Shown in pieces: positions 60,807 to 64,000 of a stretch of DNA of 64,000 bases. The position numbers and the translations under genes were made by a program. The notes below the pieces were generated by a model. The model did not search any database, was not told where the DNA came from, and saw nothing but the letters and a program-made list of their open reading frames with translations. The stretch is from positions 1-64,000 of the forward strand of contig CAVRUC010000013.1 in NCBI GenBank assembly GCA_963724295.1, given 5' to 3'. This DNA is from an uncultured Chloroflexia bacterium (lineage in GTDB: Bacteria > Chloroflexota > Chloroflexia > Thermomicrobiales > UBA6265). How positions within the stretch are numbered: the stretch's first letter is position 1; each line of letters opens with the position of its first letter.

Positions 60807-61094
60807 GCAAGACGAGTCGGTAAGTCGGTCTAAGTCGGCAAGAAGTGAGTGTGGCCAATGCCGTGCCCGCGGTCCGCGAGCTCGGTCTGGACGTCACCGA
60901 GGATGCTCCGCTCTCGCCGCCTGTCGAGTTCCTCTGGGAGGGGAAGAGAGCTATATGATCCGCCTGCCACAACCCCATCACAGAGCGGTCTTGCAGGTCG
61001 CGCGCGGTCTCGTCGCCGGTGTCGTTACCGGCGAGGTTCTGGTCCCTGCAGCAGCGGATGATTCGCCGTAGCGAGCGCAGGCAATAGGTTCGAC

Positions 61095-61865
61095 TCACCA
61101 CGAGAGCGTCAAGCCGGGAGCCGCCATCTCGATTTGCCGCGTGAAGACGGCTGCGGCCTGAGCGCGATAGGCCGCGAATCCAAGCTCTTCCCACATGTGA
61201 GTCAGGACCAGGATCTCCGCTCCCGCGGCCACAGCAAGCTGACCGGCCTCGGCGGCGGTCAGTGATCCCCGTTCATCCGGAGATCTGACTCCTCCCTCGA
61301 GAAGCGTCGCCTCCGCGACGAGCACGTGAACCCCGGCGAAGAACTCAGCCAGCGCCGTTGCCGGTCCCGTATCCCCGGTGTAGCCCAGCCCGGGGCCTGT
61401 GGAAGATTGGACGCGGATCGCCCAGGCCGGGATGTAGTGCGTCGCCGGTGCAAACGTGACGGTGACATCACCGACGATCAGTGGTCGCGCCGGATCAAAC
61501 TCGGCGACCTTGACCGTTGCCGCGAATCGCCCCGGCTCGTCGCAGGCGTCGAACGGGGCGGTCGCCTGGGCCAGAAGCTCGGATCCACCCGGCGGCAGCC
61601 AGATCGGCACGGGAGCCGGAGCTGGCAGCGGGTTGTATGCCAGCGCATGCCGCAGCGCCAGCAGATCGAGGACGTGGTCGACGTGCATGTGCGACACGAT
61701 CACCGCGTCCAGCGTCCGGAAGTCGGTGTGCCGCCGCAGCTCCTGCAGCGTTCCCGGCCCCAGATCGAGGACCAGCCGCGTGCGGTCTGTCTGCACCAGC
61801 AGCCCGGCGCAGCCCATGCCCGCGTTGGGACTGGCGGCACTTCCGCCGAGGACTGTCAGGCGCAT
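61095..61865 (-). CDS. MBL-fold metallo-hydrolase (RNase Z/PhnP-like)
   Basis: SHMHVDH, YTGDTG, EAT, LTH. Confidence 0.88.
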   Translation of the reverse strand: MRLTVLGGSAASPNAGMGCAGLLVQTDRTRLVLDLGPGTLQELRRHTDFRTLDAVIVSHMHVDHVLDLLALRHALAYNPLPAPAPVPIWLPPGGSELLAQATAPFDACDEPGRFAATVKVAEFDPARPLIVGDVTVTFAPATHYIPAWAIRVQSSTGPGLGYTGDTGPATALAEFFAGVHVLVAEATLLEGGVRSPDERGSLTAAEAGQLAVAAGAEILVLTHMWEELGFAAYRAQAAAVFTRQIEMAAPGLTLSW

Positions 61866-61936
61866 CGCGAGCCCCAGTGTTCAGATGGCAACGATGGAGC
61901 ACGGTCCATGGTGGAAACTCAACAGACGTAGCGTGC

Positions 61937-62257
61937 CTACGCGCGCTGCTCCGCCTGCTCGCCCTCTTCCCCGTGCTCGACGATGCTGCCCTCCCGGAAG
62001 AGGATCGCCTCCAGGGCAGCCCGCCACTTGGGCGTCCGCCGCAGCAGGAACTCCAGGTCCATGCCGAAGTGCTTGAACTCTTCTGCCTGGGCGTCGGCCA
62101 TAATGGCGCGCGCCTCGGCGTCCGGCTCCACCGCCAGACGCTGCTCGTACCAGCCGATCGCTTCCGCCTCCTCGGTCAGCGAGGCGATCATGCGCGCAAA
62201 GGTGCGTGTCTCGGCGGGTAGCTCATTCGGCGGCTCATGGTATTGATTGAAACCCAT
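61937..62257 (-). CDS. Encapsulated-ferritin-like (EncFtn-type) protein
   Basis: YHEP...SLTEEAEAIGWYEQR...EEFKH...LEFLLRR..KW...LF.EG.I. Confidence 0.85.
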   Translation of the reverse strand: MGFNQYHEPPNELPAETRTFARMIASLTEEAEAIGWYEQRLAVEPDAEARAIMADAQAEEFKHFGMDLEFLLRRTPKWRAALEAILFREGSIVEHGEEGEQAEQRA

Positions 62258-62385
62258 GCTCTTCCTCCCCACAGTCGGAACAACGCTTCATCCCGCGATG
62301 ACACCCGAGGAGATGTTGTACCAGACTACCCGGACAGTGCGGACACTCCGCTCGCGTCAATCGATACCCTGAAGGGAGGGAGACG

Positions 62386-63559
62386 GTGGCAACGATGTCG
62401 AGAGGTTCGCCGCGGACCTACGACGCGATCGTCGTCGGTGTGGGCGGCATGGGATCCGCCGCCTGCTATCACCTGGCGCGCCGCGGCTTGCGCACGCTTG
62501 GGGCTGGAGCGCTTCGACATCCCCCACACCATGGGGTCATCGCATGGCATCACGCGCATCATCCGTCTTGCCTACTACGAGCACCCTTCGTACGTGCCCC
62601 TGCTGCTGCGTGCCTTCGAACTGTGGAATGATCTGGAACGGGAAAGCGAACGTCATCTGCTCGAGGTCACCGGCACTATCGACGCCAGCGCACCGGACGA
62701 GATCGTCTTCACCGGCGCGCTCGCCGCCTGCGAGCGGTTTGAACTCGAGCACGAGGTGCTCACCTCCGCCGCGCTGACGGCCCGCTATCCCGGCTATCAA
62801 TTGCCGCCGGGCCACCTGGCGCTGTTCCAACCCCAGGGCGGCTTTCTCTTGCCGGAGCGCTGCATCAGTGCCCACGTCGAGGGCGCCCTAGCCGCCGGCG
62901 CTGACATCCGGGCTCGCGAGCGAGTCATCGCCTGGGAACCGCTCGGTGACGGTGTACGCGTCACCACCGACCGGGGCGTCTACCAGGCAGGAAGTCTCGT
63001 GCTCGCGGCCGGCGCCTGGATGGCATCCCTGGTCCCCGCCCTCGCCGGTCTCGCCGAGCCCGAGCGTCAGGTGCTGGGCTGGTTCGCGCCCCTGCGGCCG
63101 GCGCTCTTCGTCCCAGAGCGGTTCCCAGTGTTCAACCTCATGGTCCCGGAGGGGCGCTACTACGGCTTCCCGCAATACGACGTGCCGGGATTCAAGATCG
63201 GTCTGTACCATCATCTGCAGGAGCGGGTCGACCCGGATAATTTCCAGCGGGAGGCGGACGCCGACGACGAAGCCCCGCTGCGGGAGGCCACCGCACGCTA
63301 CTTTCCGGCGGCGAACGGCCCGACGATGGCCCTGCGCACCTGCATGTTCACCAATACCCCGGACGAGCATTTCATCCTTGACATGTTGCCGGATTTTCCC
63401 CAGGTCGTGGTCGCCTCGCCCTGCTCTGGGCACGGCTTCAAGTTCGCCTCGGTTATCGGCGAGATCCTGGCCGATCTCGCGCAGAACGGCGAGACCCGGC
63501 ATGACATCGGTCTCTTGCGTCTGAGCCGCTTCGCGGAGAAACCCGTCACCGCGCGGTAA
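62386..63559 (+). CDS. solA: N-methyl-L-tryptophan/sarcosine oxidase (frameshift near 62500)
   Basis: VGVGGMGSA, GSSHGITRIIRLAY, CMFTNTPD, CSGHGFKF. Confidence 0.9.
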
Positions 63560-63665
63560 TGTCCATCACCGCGACCGCGTCTATACTGCAAGGACTGGGG
63601 AGTTCACAGGGTTTTATCTGTCCGGAAGCGACCAGGGCCTGCGGGTTCGTCTGGTGGGAGCGTTC

Positions 63666-64000
63666 ATGGCCACGACCGGACTCGATCTGGAATCCGAGAG
63701 CAACCGACCGCATCTCGATCGGACTATCCTCGCCGCCCTCAAGACCCTGACCCGCATCGCCTGGGTGATCCCCTGGCCGATCTGGAGCGCGTTGGCGGGT
63801 GTGGGCGGCTTTGCCAGCATGCTGTCCCAGCGCCGGCACGTCGTTCTGGCCAACGTCCGCCACGCTCGCGCCGACACTCCGCCGCGCCGGGTCGTCGCCT
63901 GGTACATCGGGGCACAGCAGATCGCGACCCACCTGCGCGCCGTGATCGCCACATTACGCGCCGGGTTCCGCCTACCCAATACGACGAACCACCTCATTCT
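63666..64000 (+). CDS. Probable lipid acyltransferase (HtrB/PatA-like) N-terminus, partial
   Basis: GGGAG RBS; open to the window end: ...IAWVIPWPIWSALAGVGG...RRHVVLANVRHA. Confidence 0.45.
   Translation, partial: MATTGLDLESESNRPHLDRTILAALKTLTRIAWVIPWPIWSALAGVGGFASMLSQRRHVVLANVRHARADTPPRRVVAWYIGAQQIATHLRAVIATLRAGFRLPNTTNHLI

Noticed and set aside
60955..61071. 38-aa ORF with a purine-rich upstream sequence
   Set aside because: No recognisable motif and too short to support without conservation data.

Overview
A high-GC bacterial chromosome segment. The gene content and protein styles suggest Chloroflexota, most likely Thermomicrobiales; this is inference. It holds about 60 protein genes and two tRNAs (Glu-CTC, Val-CAC). 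About ten genes are split by single-base frameshifts, densely in the first 9 kb and sporadically later, which looks like long-read assembly error rather than real pseudogenes. Recognisable content: a split cytochrome b6-type Rieske/cytochrome b operon whose cytochrome c is fused to two blue-copper domains, recA with a LexA-type box, a gpsA-like gene, solA, tartrate dehydrogenase, RidA, VanW, HtrA, M13 and M20 peptidases, a vapBC pair, beta-carbonic anhydrase, rhodanese, two ABC systems, a 2068-aa sortase-type surface protein, an SH3/NlpC-P60 hydrolase and an encapsulated-ferritin-like gene with no adjacent encapsulin. Best leads from reading the DNA: (1) a 1.23-kb transposase-free cassette with terminal inverted repeats and a TAA target duplication, carrying a methyltransferase; (2) a promoter, leader ORF and terminator upstream of an ABC exporter, resembling an attenuator; (3) a ~385-nt multi-hairpin leader with a possible pseudoknot before the cell-wall hydrolase; (4) chignolin-like Trp beta-hairpin repeats in that hydrolase; (5) the cytochrome c/di-cupredoxin fusion; (6) dispersed 8-nt tandem repeat arrays. 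No CRISPR array, rRNA, phage or intact transposase was seen. All family calls come from motif recognition, not database searches.
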